Origin: an uncultured Ardenticatenia bacterium
GTDB lineage: Bacteria > Chloroflexota > Anaerolineae > 4572-78 > NAK82
Direction of reading: 5' to 3'
Length of the DNA stretch: 64,000 nt
Assembly (NCBI GenBank): GCA_937127125.1
Contig: CAKZLO010000010.1
Span: forward strand, 50,097 to 114,096
A program made the position numbers and the translations under genes. The notes under the pieces are model-generated. The model searched no databases. It was not told the DNA's origin and worked only from the letters and a program-made list of their open reading frames with translations. How positions within the stretch are numbered: position 1 is the first letter of the stretch; each line of letters begins with the position of its first letter. Below are positions 18,917-28,577 of this stretch, one piece after another.

Positions 18917-20343
18917 GCCTGCGTGGGCCCGGATGATCGTAGTGTCGGCGTCCTTGCTGCCCATGCGGCAACCGCTAGGATTAACACACCAGCGGCCAGA
19001 AATGGAAATTGGGTGCTGAGCTCGAGCATAGCACCTACTAACAGCTGAGATATGGGGATCACCCCCACAACCGCTAGAACCATCAAACTCATCATACGAC
19101 CCATCAAATGGGCAGGTGTGCGTTGTTGCAACCAAGTGGTCATAACCACGATGGTGTAGCCTAAGCCACCTCCCATGATCAGCGCTGACAAGGCAATGGG
19201 AAACGTGGAAGTCGCGATCCCAAATGTAAGCATTCCGAAGCCCATCAGGCCACACGCGGTTGGCAAGAGTATGTGGAGGCGTTGGTCAGCCGGCCTGGAG
19301 CTGGACCGTGCGCCTGCCAGAACGATCCCTGTTACTGAGCCGAAACCAAAGCACGACATAACAATGCCAAAGGCTGCTGGACCTTCCGGCAGGCGCGTGT
19401 CGGCAAGCACAGGGACTCCTACCAGAACTGGTCCTTCACCGAGCAAGCTCAACGCAGCAGCAATGCCAAATATCGTCCGCAGCGCGCCATCATGCCAGAC
19501 ATAGAGCATGCCGTCCTTGATGGATGACAAGATGTTGGCAACGGAGTGTAAGTCTGTTTCGAGGATCTTGACATAACGCGGGCGTATAGCTCGCAGGGTG
19601 AGCACCGAGATCATGAACGTGAGAGCGTTAATGGCGAAGGCTAATGCAATGCCTTCCGTGCGCAGCTCGTACGCCTTTTGAGGTAGGGCGGCGCCGCGTG
19701 CCAAGGATTGGGAGTCCAGGGTAGTTCCACCCACTGTCGCGATGAGCAGGCCGGCCAACACCGGCCCGGCTGCGATACTCAGCTGGGAGATGCCTTGCAC
19801 AATCGCATTACCGGATTGTAGCGATTTCTTATCCAGAATCTGGGGAATGATGGCGAACAGAGCTGGGTAGAAGAATGCGTCTGCCAAACCGAACAGAAAG
19901 GCAAGTGCATAAAGGATCCAGATTTCAACGCTTCTAGCAATTACCAGCACTGCCAGCAGGCTCACCAATGCCAGACGAGCAACATTCGAGGCTAACATCA
20001 ATGTGCGCGGAGAGAAGTAGTCAGTCAGGACTCCCCCTAAGAGTAGCAGTAATGCGCGCGGAACGCCAGCCAGTCCCAGTACACTTCCTAAAGTGAAGGT
20101 ACTCCCTGTCAGTTTCAATACCAACCAGGGCAATGCTATCAGGTAAAACTGAGTGCCAAGTGTGGAGATACCCTCACCAATCCAGAGCAGGCGAAAGTTG
20201 GGCTCCTGCAACACTTTTAGCAATGAGTTTCTGGATCTGAAATCGTCGCCCGATGCTAGATCTTCGCCCAACATAGCTTCATCTAAGACCTTGTCGAAAT
20301 GTCTCGGCCCCTGTTCAACGCTAGACAACGTAACCTGCTTCAT
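18910..20343 (-). CDS. MFS transporter (EntS/MFS_3-like)
   Basis: 477 aa, 12 predicted helices, N-terminal FRLLWIGEGISTLGTQFYLIALPWLVL typical of this MFS subfamily. Confidence 0.8.
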   Translation of the reverse strand: MKQVTLSSVEQGPRHFDKVLDEAMLGEDLASGDDFRSRNSLLKVLQEPNFRLLWIGEGISTLGTQFYLIALPWLVLKLTGSTFTLGSVLGLAGVPRALLLLLGGVLTDYFSPRTLMLASNVARLALVSLLAVLVIARSVEIWILYALAFLFGLADAFFYPALFAIIPQILDKKSLQSGNAIVQGISQLSIAAGPVLAGLLIATVGGTTLDSQSLARGAALPQKAYELRTEGIALAFAINALTFMISVLTLRAIRPRYVKILETDLHSVANILSSIKDGMLYVWHDGALRTIFGIAAALSLLGEGPVLVGVPVLADTRLPEGPAAFGIVMSCFGFGSVTGIVLAGARSSSRPADQRLHILLPTACGLMGFGMLTFGIATSTFPIALSALIMGGGLGYTIVVMTTWLQQRTPAHLMGRMMSLMVLAVVGVIPISQLLVGAMLELSTQFPFLAAGVLILAVAAWAARTPTLRSSGPTQAC

Positions 20344-20457
20344 TCAAAAGCTTGAATATCCATCAGATGGTTAAATTGTATGGTAACACAGGCTCCCATA
20401 CAGCGCAAAGCATGTTATCGGGGAAAACGTGGCAGGCTTCTATTGAACAGAAGGGGA

Positions 20458-21501
20458 TTAGGTGCCTGGCATTGTGTCTTTGTCAAATTTCTCGGTTTGA
20501 TCCAGCAGGGGAATGCGTTCGAGCCACCACATAGCATATAATGAGAGAATCAACGCTGCTCCACCAAGCATGTATGCCTCTAGCACGGTAGCATGGGTCA
20601 CAAATTGAGCAACCATCCCTGATAGACCACTTACTAGATAAAGCAGCATCACTGTCTCGCGCTGGGTGAAGCCTTTGCGCACCAACCGGTGCGAAACGTG
20701 GTCTTTTCCTGGTGTGGCAGGGTGCAAGCCACGGCGAATGCGTGACACCACCACTAAGGTTGTATCGAAGATAGGTAGACCCAGCACCAGCACAGGCACC
20801 ATCCAAGTCACGATGGCATAGTTGCCGGGAAACCGCAACTTGATCCCCAATGCTGCCAGCACAAAACCAAGAAAGAGGCTACCTGTGTCCCCCATAAAGA
20901 TGCTGGCCGGGTTAAGGTTGTAAAACAGAAAACCCACACTAGCGCCCAATAGTGCTGCTGCCAGCCCGCCGACCAGGTACTGGCCACTTTGCACAGCTAA
21001 AAGTAGAAAATAGCCGGAGGCGATTGCAACCACTCCGCTTGAGAGGCCATCCATATTGTCCAGAAAATTGATGGCGTTCGTGATACCCACAATCCATACG
21101 ATGGTAACCAGCCAGTTCAGGTATGGGGAAGGCAGAAAAGAAACCTGCACGCCGGAAAGAAGCAGGAAAATGGAGGCACCAATCTGGCCGAGCAACTTGT
21201 AGATTGGGCGCAATCCCCAACGGTCGTCTAACGCGCCCAAAATGGACACCCAGCTCGCGCCAATCAGGATGCTTGCGAGCTGGCTCATTCCGTATCGATC
21301 TTCGAATATTAGCAAAGCAATCAGAACAGCGCTTACCATGGCGACACCACCGAATCGTGGCACAGCGCTCGTATGGATCTTGCGCGCGGAGGGTCGATCG
21401 ATGAATCCCCAGCGCATGCCTGCGCGCCGGGCAAGGGGTGTGGACACAGTGGCAATCAGCAAGGCCGCTGTAAAAATGATCAGCAGCGTAGTCAGTGTCA
21501 C
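20458..21501 (-). CDS. WecA/MraY-family polyprenyl-phosphate sugar-1-phosphate transferase (GT4 family)
   Basis: FIDRPSARKIHTSAVPRFGGVAM, NAINFLDNMDGLSSG and [12 protein letters not shown] motifs. GTGA overlap with the stop of the upstream Wzy_C/TPR gene. Confidence 0.85.
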   Translation of the reverse strand: MTLTTLLIIFTAALLIATVSTPLARRAGMRWGFIDRPSARKIHTSAVPRFGGVAMVSAVLIALLIFEDRYGMSQLASILIGASWVSILGALDDRWGLRPIYKLLGQIGASIFLLLSGVQVSFLPSPYLNWLVTIVWIVGITNAINFLDNMDGLSSGVVAIASGYFLLLAVQSGQYLVGGLAAALLGASVGFLFYNLNPASIFMGDTGSLFLGFVLAALGIKLRFPGNYAIVTWMVPVLVLGLPIFDTTLVVVSRIRRGLHPATPGKDHVSHRLVRKGFTQRETVMLLYLVSGLSGMVAQFVTHATVLEAYMLGGAALILSLYAMWWLERIPLLDQTEKFDKDTMPGT

Positions 21502-24500
21502 GGTGGATTGCCTTCTCTAAGCGCCTGAATATCCGCCAACAGTTGCTCCAGCTCGCTGCGGTGGGAAGGTGGAGCCTTTTCCAATGCCATCTGGATCTCG
21601 TTAAGTGCTTGATCTATCTGACCCAGTTGGCGGTAAATGAGTGCCAGCTGACGGTGTACTGTGTAGTCGTCAGGTATCATCTGCGCAAGTTGCTGATAGA
21701 TGTGCAGTGCATCCTGCAAACGATTCTGGTCCAAATAGAGTTTGCCAAGTGCAACATACGCCTCAGCGAGGTCAGGAGCCACTTTAATCGCTTGCTCATA
21801 CGCATTCGTTGCTTCAGTCAACCTGCCAGCGCTCTGATAGAGCTCGCCAATCAACATCCAGGTCAGCCCTAATTCATTCTGTGGTGTCTGTTCGGGCAAG
21901 AGTTGAGCTTCTTGGATAGCCTGCTCGATCCTGCCCGTGTCTCGGTACAGAAGGACCAAATTGCGACGGCTGATGTAATCTTGGGGCGCAAGCTGCAGAG
22001 CAATCTGATTCTCCTGAATAGCATCTTCCAACCGTCCCATCCGAGCGTAGCAGTACGCTAAGTGGCTATGCACCTGTGCGTTTTTAGGATCTATGCGCAA
22101 TGCCTGCCGGTAAGCTTCTGCCGCACTCTCCCAGTCTTGCATTGCCACATATTCATTGCCAAGGCTTATTACTGTCTGGATGTCAGCGGATCCTGTCTGA
22201 ACGGCGCGCTGATAGAAGCGCACAGCATTGTGCTGGTCGCCAACCCGGCTATAGAGACGTCCTAGAATGTCCAGGATTTTGGGGTCATCGGGATGCGCTG
22301 CCAAGACTTCTTCGTACGCAGCGATAATTTCCTTGAGCTGGTCTGGGTATGCTTTGTAGAAATCAACACGTTGGTTAAAGAATTGGTCGGCGAAACTTTG
22401 TGGCGCGATCAGTATAGCGGCACGATGTGCGCGGGCTGCGTCTGCAGCACGACCCAACGCGCCATAGGTATCGCCCAACAGCATTTGGGTCTGCTCGAAC
22501 TTGGGATCAATAGCGAGTGATTTGGCTAAGATGGCTTCCGCGTCCTGATAGCGACCTAGGATATAATAGACTTGTGCCCACAGGTTGTAGTAAATCACAT
22601 TTTGGGGCGCCAGATGGGTCGCTTTCTGGAAATACTCTATAGCCCGATCAAAGCGAGCTTGTCTTTGAGGATCCTCAGCTGGTGTATTCTGCGCCCAGGT
22701 AAGATACCAGCGTCCTAGGTTACCTGTGTTGTCAGGGTTGTAAGGATTAAGCTCTCGTGCCCGTAAGGCAATTTGCTCGCCCAACTGCCAGCTACGCGCA
22801 CGCACTTCTGGGGAGAGCCGAATGTCCTGACCTTGTAGCTGATATGCTAGTGCCAACATCAGGTAGTAGAAATCCTCGTCCGAGTCCAATTCGACGGACC
22901 ATTGGTGCAATGCGATGGCAGGCTCGTACAGCCCTTGGTTACGATACTGATCTGCTTGCTTGAGCACTATGTCTGCCCGCACTACATCCACGTTCTTGAA
23001 CAGGATCACTGCACCAGCAGCGACAATCATCAGTGGATAGAGCCACCAGTTAGCGGATTGCCACATGCGCCGCTGAGGCAACCACGGCGCAGCGAGTGTT
23101 ATAGCGATTAATAAAATTACCAGGAATGCAAAAAGATAGAAAAATCCGTAAATCCAGGTGACTGCGCTAGCAGATTGAAAAGCTCCTTGCACTGTGCTGA
23201 CATTCGTTAGTGTGCGAGTTTGAAGGCGCCAAACGTGGATAAGCATATATAGCGCGCCATAGCCTAACGAAGTAGCGACAAATAACAGCAGAGCACGACC
23301 GATACGTACAGGTGTCTGCCACGCTCGAATACGTGTCACTACTTCGCCCAGTCCAATTGCCAATGCCACGAACCATGTAATGCCGAACATCCATATCAGG
23401 CTGTAGTTGTGACGTGTGATATCAAATTGTGCTGTTACGAAGTCAAAAATCATTGCGACCAAGATAAGAGCAACGACCAACCCAAACGCGCTTAGCCATA
23501 TGTCCCAGTTTTCTACAATGATCATCTGGTGAATTAGCGGGCGGGGCTGATTTGCTGAGATCTCTCCATATTGTCGCGTTCGCTTCTTAGAGCGCTTACC
23601 TGATCCCGAAGGTTTCGCTGATTCTGTTTTCGGCTCTGACAACGCTGAAGAACTATCCACTACCCCTGAACTCCGAAGATCCCTTGACAACCAAGCGACG
23701 ATGACACCAGCATAGGTCCAGAAGTATACATAAGTTGCTGCTATTGAAAAGACAAAGTGTACTTCAACAAAGTGAGCCAACAAGGCGGCCAAGATCCCAA
23801 TCAGGACCAAATGCTGACTGGCCATATCCATTTGGAGATGGGCGGATGGCGTCTGTGCGTGCGAATGTATTCCTGTCAAAGGTTTCGAGAGCTGTTGCTC
23901 CTGGGCTGATTGAAGGGTAGGCGAAGAGGATTGGACCGAGTCACTAGCAGGAGCTCTTCGCTCCGCGATTCCCTGCCACACCAGGAACACGAAAAGCATA
24001 CCAATCATGCCGGCTGGCAAACCAACTGCTGAGAAAACAAAGCTGCCAGCGACCAGACGTGGAACGATTGCGCCTATTAAGCCGCCCAGGCCGACTAGGA
24101 TGAGCAACCGGCGACGCGCAGCATTATCCGGTATCCAATCTACTGCTTTCAGGAGGTAGTAGAACAGGCTGAAAATAAGCCAGTAATACGCGACAAAACC
24201 CAAGAAGCCCAGCATTGCCAGGAAGTCAAAGGTTTCGTTGTGCGAACGGTCAGCAGAACTACCGCGCGCCTCCACGTGTGCTAGTTCAGGCGGGTATACG
24301 CGCGCAAAGGCGTTGAACATCGACTCTGGTCCGTAGCCGATTAGTGGACGCAATACATGTAGGTTATCGGTGAGCTCTCCCGGAATTCCGAGGGGTTCGT
24401 CCAGTGTGATGAGATTGAGCACACCTTCCCAAATGAGCGCACGCACTTTGCCAGTGCCTTCTCCAGGCTGGAAGAGCTGAGCAAGACGCCCTACCACTGG

Positions 24501-25679
24501 TGCCTCACGCACACTGTTTAGTGGTGATTCCTTCAGGTTAATGACCACCAGGATGGCGATCATAGCGAAGGCCAGCACAGTCCAATTGAGCCACAATCGC
24601 CAAGGACGCTGGCTTAGAACTACCCGTGCAACAATTGCTAGGACGTTAAGGGCTACGCCCCCCAGCATTCCCAGAGCCAACATGGCGCCATGATCCAGAC
24701 GTGCTTCTCCAATATTGACGGGGCCGACCAGAGCAAAAGCAACAATACCAGCCAAAGAGCCCAGCAGAATCAGCAGAAGCACCTCTGCCACGCTCAATGT
24801 GATTGCTCTTAGGTGGTGCTTTGTTTCAGGAGCGTGTTGTCGGTAAATGGACAATAATGCCAGCAGAACGAAGAAGAAAATGCCAGCCATCAACCCTAGC
24901 ATGGGGCCGCGGCTGCCGCTGAAAATGACAGCAATAATGTCTACGGCAAGTATAAAAATGTAAACGGCTGCCAGTAATGTATTACCCCAATTGGTGTTTT
25001 CCTCTTGCAAGAGGGCACGCATCGCGTTCAGTATGCGCGACAAAGTAGGGGGAATCGCCATAATCAGGTAGCTGGCTAAAAAGATAGCGTTTCCCAGAGT
25101 GGAAGCGACCCGTGTCTGGACATCGCCAGCCCAGGGTAAGGGATCAAGTCCGTAGCGCTGGACGATCCCGTATAGTCCTACTGGCAAGCTGGTCAGGATG
25201 ATGGCGGTCATAAGCCTGTCCAGCTGAGCTCGCGTGCGCAGGTGAGAGGCTACGAGAGCAAAGATCACAATATAGGAAAGCGTGGTGTATGTGCCCTGCA
25301 GACGTTGATACGAACCCCAAAGTGCTACCGTGGGGCTGATGGATAGTGCTGTGCTGATAAGATATGCAAGGATCACCAACAACAAGGGGGGCAAAAGGGG
25401 CACTCCGAACAACTTTTGCAGCCAATTGGATGTGTATGGTGTTGTGTTCGTTATCCCTGACGCAGGTTGTGTCAGGCGCTTTCGGCCAATCCCCTGCTCA
25501 GCTACCTTGATGAGCCAAGCAAGTGCCATCACGATAGCGATCGAGCGCATCAGGGTAATCTTATCTGGTTCAAAAGTGCGCGCTGAGTAAATGTTGAACC
25601 AGATCGGGACAAGCACGGCGACGGCTAGCCAACCTGCTTCGATTACCTTGTCGCAAATGAGACTCAAACGTGTAGGCAT
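21498..25679 (-). CDS. Giant O-antigen-ligase-like (Wzy_C) polytopic membrane protein fused to a long C-terminal TPR array
   Basis: 1393 aa. N-terminal block has FSGSRGPMLGLMAG and ADRSHNETFDFLAMLGFLGF (Wzy_C-like). A Ser-rich low-complexity linker follows, then a second TM block and about 500 aa of TPR-like repeats (e.g. AYVALGKLYLDQNRLQDALHIYQQ). Confidence 0.75.
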   Translation of the reverse strand: MPTRLSLICDKVIEAGWLAVAVLVPIWFNIYSARTFEPDKITLMRSIAIVMALAWLIKVAEQGIGRKRLTQPASGITNTTPYTSNWLQKLFGVPLLPPLLLVILAYLISTALSISPTVALWGSYQRLQGTYTTLSYIVIFALVASHLRTRAQLDRLMTAIILTSLPVGLYGIVQRYGLDPLPWAGDVQTRVASTLGNAIFLASYLIMAIPPTLSRILNAMRALLQEENTNWGNTLLAAVYIFILAVDIIAVIFSGSRGPMLGLMAGIFFFVLLALLSIYRQHAPETKHHLRAITLSVAEVLLLILLGSLAGIVAFALVGPVNIGEARLDHGAMLALGMLGGVALNVLAIVARVVLSQRPWRLWLNWTVLAFAMIAILVVINLKESPLNSVREAPVVGRLAQLFQPGEGTGKVRALIWEGVLNLITLDEPLGIPGELTDNLHVLRPLIGYGPESMFNAFARVYPPELAHVEARGSSADRSHNETFDFLAMLGFLGFVAYYWLIFSLFYYLLKAVDWIPDNAARRRLLILVGLGGLIGAIVPRLVAGSFVFSAVGLPAGMIGMLFVFLVWQGIAERRAPASDSVQSSSPTLQSAQEQQLSKPLTGIHSHAQTPSAHLQMDMASQHLVLIGILAALLAHFVEVHFVFSIAATYVYFWTYAGVIVAWLSRDLRSSGVVDSSSALSEPKTESAKPSGSGKRSKKRTRQYGEISANQPRPLIHQMIIVENWDIWLSAFGLVVALILVAMIFDFVTAQFDITRHNYSLIWMFGITWFVALAIGLGEVVTRIRAWQTPVRIGRALLLFVATSLGYGALYMLIHVWRLQTRTLTNVSTVQGAFQSASAVTWIYGFFYLFAFLVILLIAITLAAPWLPQRRMWQSANWWLYPLMIVAAGAVILFKNVDVVRADIVLKQADQYRNQGLYEPAIALHQWSVELDSDEDFYYLMLALAYQLQGQDIRLSPEVRARSWQLGEQIALRARELNPYNPDNTGNLGRWYLTWAQNTPAEDPQRQARFDRAIEYFQKATHLAPQNVIYYNLWAQVYYILGRYQDAEAILAKSLAIDPKFEQTQMLLGDTYGALGRAADAARAHRAAILIAPQSFADQFFNQRVDFYKAYPDQLKEIIAAYEEVLAAHPDDPKILDILGRLYSRVGDQHNAVRFYQRAVQTGSADIQTVISLGNEYVAMQDWESAAEAYRQALRIDPKNAQVHSHLAYCYARMGRLEDAIQENQIALQLAPQDYISRRNLVLLYRDTGRIEQAIQEAQLLPEQTPQNELGLTWMLIGELYQSAGRLTEATNAYEQAIKVAPDLAEAYVALGKLYLDQNRLQDALHIYQQLAQMIPDDYTVHRQLALIYRQLGQIDQALNEIQMALEKAPPSHRSELEQLLADIQALREGNPP

Positions 25680-25703
25680 ATAGGGATCATTCTGCTCGCA
25701 AAC

Positions 25704-26672
25704 TCAATCAAGTTGGCGCCTGAACCACTCGATAGTGTGACGTAAACCTTCCTCCAAAGGGACTTGTGCCTCGAAACCTAGCAGTTCACGCGCTCTCCGC
25801 ACGTCTGGCACGCGCCGACGTGTCTCTTCAAAATGTGGTCCATATGCTTCGCTGTATGGGATATACACGATATCCACTCGGGCTCCTGTGATCTCACGCA
25901 CCATGTGGGCAAGGTCACCGATGGCGGTCTCACGATCGGTGCCAATATTGAGCGCTTTGCCTTCTGCCCTTAGTGAGGAAACTGCCATCAGTGTGCCGCG
26001 CACGGTGTCGCTGACAAAAGTAAAACAGCGCGTCTGACGACCGTCATCATAGACGGTGATGGGTTGGCCGGAGAGTGCTTGACTGATGAAGCGTGCGACT
26101 ACGCTGCCATATCCGCGCGGATCCAAACGTGGCCCGTATGAATTAAAGAAGCGAACCACACTTACGGGCAGTCCCTGACGATGGTAGGCAAAGGCGAGAT
26201 GTTCATCTAGCGCTTTGCTCAGTGAGTAGGACCAGCGACCTACAGCAGTAGGACCTAACAAGCTATCGTCCTCTTCACTCAATGGCACCTTCTCTGACTT
26301 GCCGTACACCTCGGAGCTGGATGCAATTACAACACGTCGCCAGTATCGATAGCACGATTCCAGCACGACCTCCGTGCCACGCACGTTAGTAACGATGCAC
26401 AGCAGAGGGTTCTCCACCACGTACTTGACCCCCACCATCGCTGCCAAGTGGAAGACCACGTCACATTCGGCAATCAAACGATCCACAAGTGGGGCGTTGA
26501 GAAGCGAATCACACACGAGGCGGAAGTGAGAGTTATTGAGATGATGCTGGATGTTAGCTATTTTACCAGTGCTAAGGTTGTCGAGAACGGTGACTCTGTG
26601 GCCAGCTTTGACCAGCTCGTCCACCAGATGCGAACCGATGTAGCCGGCTCCTCCTGTTACCAAAGCGTGCAT
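25704..26672 (-). CDS. NAD-dependent sugar-nucleotide epimerase/dehydratase (extended SDR)
   Basis: VTGGAGYIGSHLV Rossmann motif and YSLSK catalytic YxxxK. ATG 26672 has GAGGGA 9 nt upstream. The 25 upstream ORF-track codons are rejected. Confidence 0.85.
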   Translation of the reverse strand: MHALVTGGAGYIGSHLVDELVKAGHRVTVLDNLSTGKIANIQHHLNNSHFRLVCDSLLNAPLVDRLIAECDVVFHLAAMVGVKYVVENPLLCIVTNVRGTEVVLESCYRYWRRVVIASSSEVYGKSEKVPLSEEDDSLLGPTAVGRWSYSLSKALDEHLAFAYHRQGLPVSVVRFFNSYGPRLDPRGYGSVVARFISQALSGQPITVYDDGRQTRCFTFVSDTVRGTLMAVSSLRAEGKALNIGTDRETAIGDLAHMVREITGARVDIVYIPYSEAYGPHFEETRRRVPDVRRARELLGFEAQVPLEEGLRHTIEWFRRQLD

Positions 26673-26897
26673 GAGCGATGTTCCCTCGCGGAGAGCAACT
26701 GGAAATTTAGGTAGAAAGCGCATATATGGTAGCATGTTGTAATGCATTGGTCAACCATTCGCTCGAGAGCATTGAGAAACTTCCAGGTTATCCGCTTTAT
26801 GAGCTTATCTTCATACAAAAATTTGTGTGACATAGGACCTTTTTCAACACTCTCTACCCTTCTTGGTAAGTTTCCCTGTCACAAGTGAGATCCCTAT

Positions 26898-28484
26898 ATG
26901 GTACAAGGAATATGCCCTCGGTTATCCAGTCGGTTGTCGATAGGGAGCTATCTCCTCATAGGAGTATGCGGAATGTGTTTAGTCGCGTTAGGGGGTTGTG
27001 CATTCGGCACAGGCACTGCGCGTGAGGCTTCGCTCACACCCATCTTGACCTCGACATTGTCGTCCCCGCTCTTACCTTCAACAACTCCGACCTCCTTGAT
27101 AGTCTCTGTTACCCCTGCGTCTCATCCAAAGCCTGAGACTCATCCGTCTCCCACTCCTTCTTCGAGCGCTCAAGAGATGTCTCTGAAAGTGTACGAAACG
27201 CAGTTGCACCTGGTGACCTATGACTATCGATCAGCATTGCTGCCTACCACACCCGATGATCCAATATACCCCTATCCACGCCTGGACCATAACCGGGTAG
27301 GGTCTCCTGTGTCACGCGCGTATCGGGCAGTAGTGTTGGAGAATCGTTACCTCCGTCTCACTATTTTGCCCGAGCTAGGGGGACGACTCTACCAGTGGAT
27401 AGACAAAGAGAGTGGCCGCAACCTTTTCTATGAGAATCCGGTGATCAAGCCGACACACTGGGGCATCCGAGGATGGTGGTTGGCGACTGGAGGTATGGAG
27501 TGGGCATTACCTCTAGACGAGCACGGTCTGAACGAGGCGACACCTTGGCAATATTCCGTTGATCGTAATCCTGGTAATATCAGCGTCACAGTGAGCGATG
27601 TAGAAGAGCGTTCCGGCCTGGTCTGCACTATCACTGTGCGTCTGGATGAGCAGCATTCCTACTTTACCCTTCTCCCTCAGATCACCAACCCGACCGGCAA
27701 TCCAGTGCGCTATAAGTTCTGGATCAATGGAATGTTTAGTTTGGGCAGTCGACGTCCTGATGAAGGCCTCCAGTTTATTCTGCCTGTTACTCGTGTGATG
27801 GTGCATTCCAGTGGCGACGAGAGACTGCCCCGTTCGGGTCAGCTCATAAGCTGGCCAGAATTCAGAGGGCTTGATATGAGCCTGGCTAGCAATTGGCGAA
27901 GGTATCTTGGTGTCTTTGCATATCCTGCCGCTACCGCCGACTTCATGGGCGCGTACAATCACGAAACGCAACTTGGTGTGGTGCGCGTCTTTCCCCACCA
28001 TATAGCGCGCGGTGCCAAGCTCTTCAGCTTGGGCGACATCGCTTCATCGACGTGGACAGACGATGATAGTCGCTATTTCGAGCTATGGGGTGGTTTGGGG
28101 CCCACATTTTGGGATGAGGTCACGTTGGCGCCTGGCCAGACTGTGAGCTGGCAAGAACGCTGGTATGCTGTGAACGGCACAGGAGGCTTTGGATATGCAA
28201 ACGAAAACGCAGCGCTCAACTTAGTGTTATCTTCATCAACGGTTGACGTGGCAGTGGCTGTGACGACCGCTATGGATGGTCGCGTACAATTACGACGCAA
28301 TAACTATGTAGTGGCCTCTTGGCCAGTATCGTTGTTGCCCGGGCAAGCGTTTCGCAGCACCTTTCGACCTGCTATGGCTCAGCTCAATGGGAAATGGGTG
28401 GTGGAGCTGCTCGATATGCAGAATAGAGAGATCGCTACGTTGCAACGGAGTGTTGGGCACACACATAGGAGATACTTGCGGTAG
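26898..28484 (+). CDS. Putative lipoprotein with Ser/Thr/Pro linker and DUF5107-like domain
   Basis: Signal/lipobox-like LVALGGC. S/T/P-rich stretch LTSTLSSPLLPSTTPTS...PSPTPSSS. Then VVLENRYLRLTILPELGGRLYQWIDKESGRNLFYENPVIKP...GGMEWALP, which resembles the DUF5107 signature from memory. Confidence 0.5.
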   Translation: MVQGICPRLSSRLSIGSYLLIGVCGMCLVALGGCAFGTGTAREASLTPILTSTLSSPLLPSTTPTSLIVSVTPASHPKPETHPSPTPSSSAQEMSLKVYETQLHLVTYDYRSALLPTTPDDPIYPYPRLDHNRVGSPVSRAYRAVVLENRYLRLTILPELGGRLYQWIDKESGRNLFYENPVIKPTHWGIRGWWLATGGMEWALPLDEHGLNEATPWQYSVDRNPGNISVTVSDVEERSGLVCTITVRLDEQHSYFTLLPQITNPTGNPVRYKFWINGMFSLGSRRPDEGLQFILPVTRVMVHSSGDERLPRSGQLISWPEFRGLDMSLASNWRRYLGVFAYPAATADFMGAYNHETQLGVVRVFPHHIARGAKLFSLGDIASSTWTDDDSRYFELWGGLGPTFWDEVTLAPGQTVSWQERWYAVNGTGGFGYANENAALNLVLSSSTVDVAVAVTTAMDGRVQLRRNNYVVASWPVSLLPGQAFRSTFRPAMAQLNGKWVVELLDMQNREIATLQRSVGHTHRRYLR

Positions 28485-28577
28485 CTCATCCCCTTGTTAC
28501 TGCTGGTGCTCCTTCCCCGATCCGGAGCCTTGTCAGATATCTCTCCATATGCATGACTGAGACGCGGTAGGATCAGC

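Noticed and set aside
18917-19255. N-terminal extension of the CAP-domain ORF (start at 19255)
   Set aside because: It overlaps the 3' end of the MFS gene in another frame. An internal ATG at 18916 gives a canonical signal peptide and a stop/start overlap.
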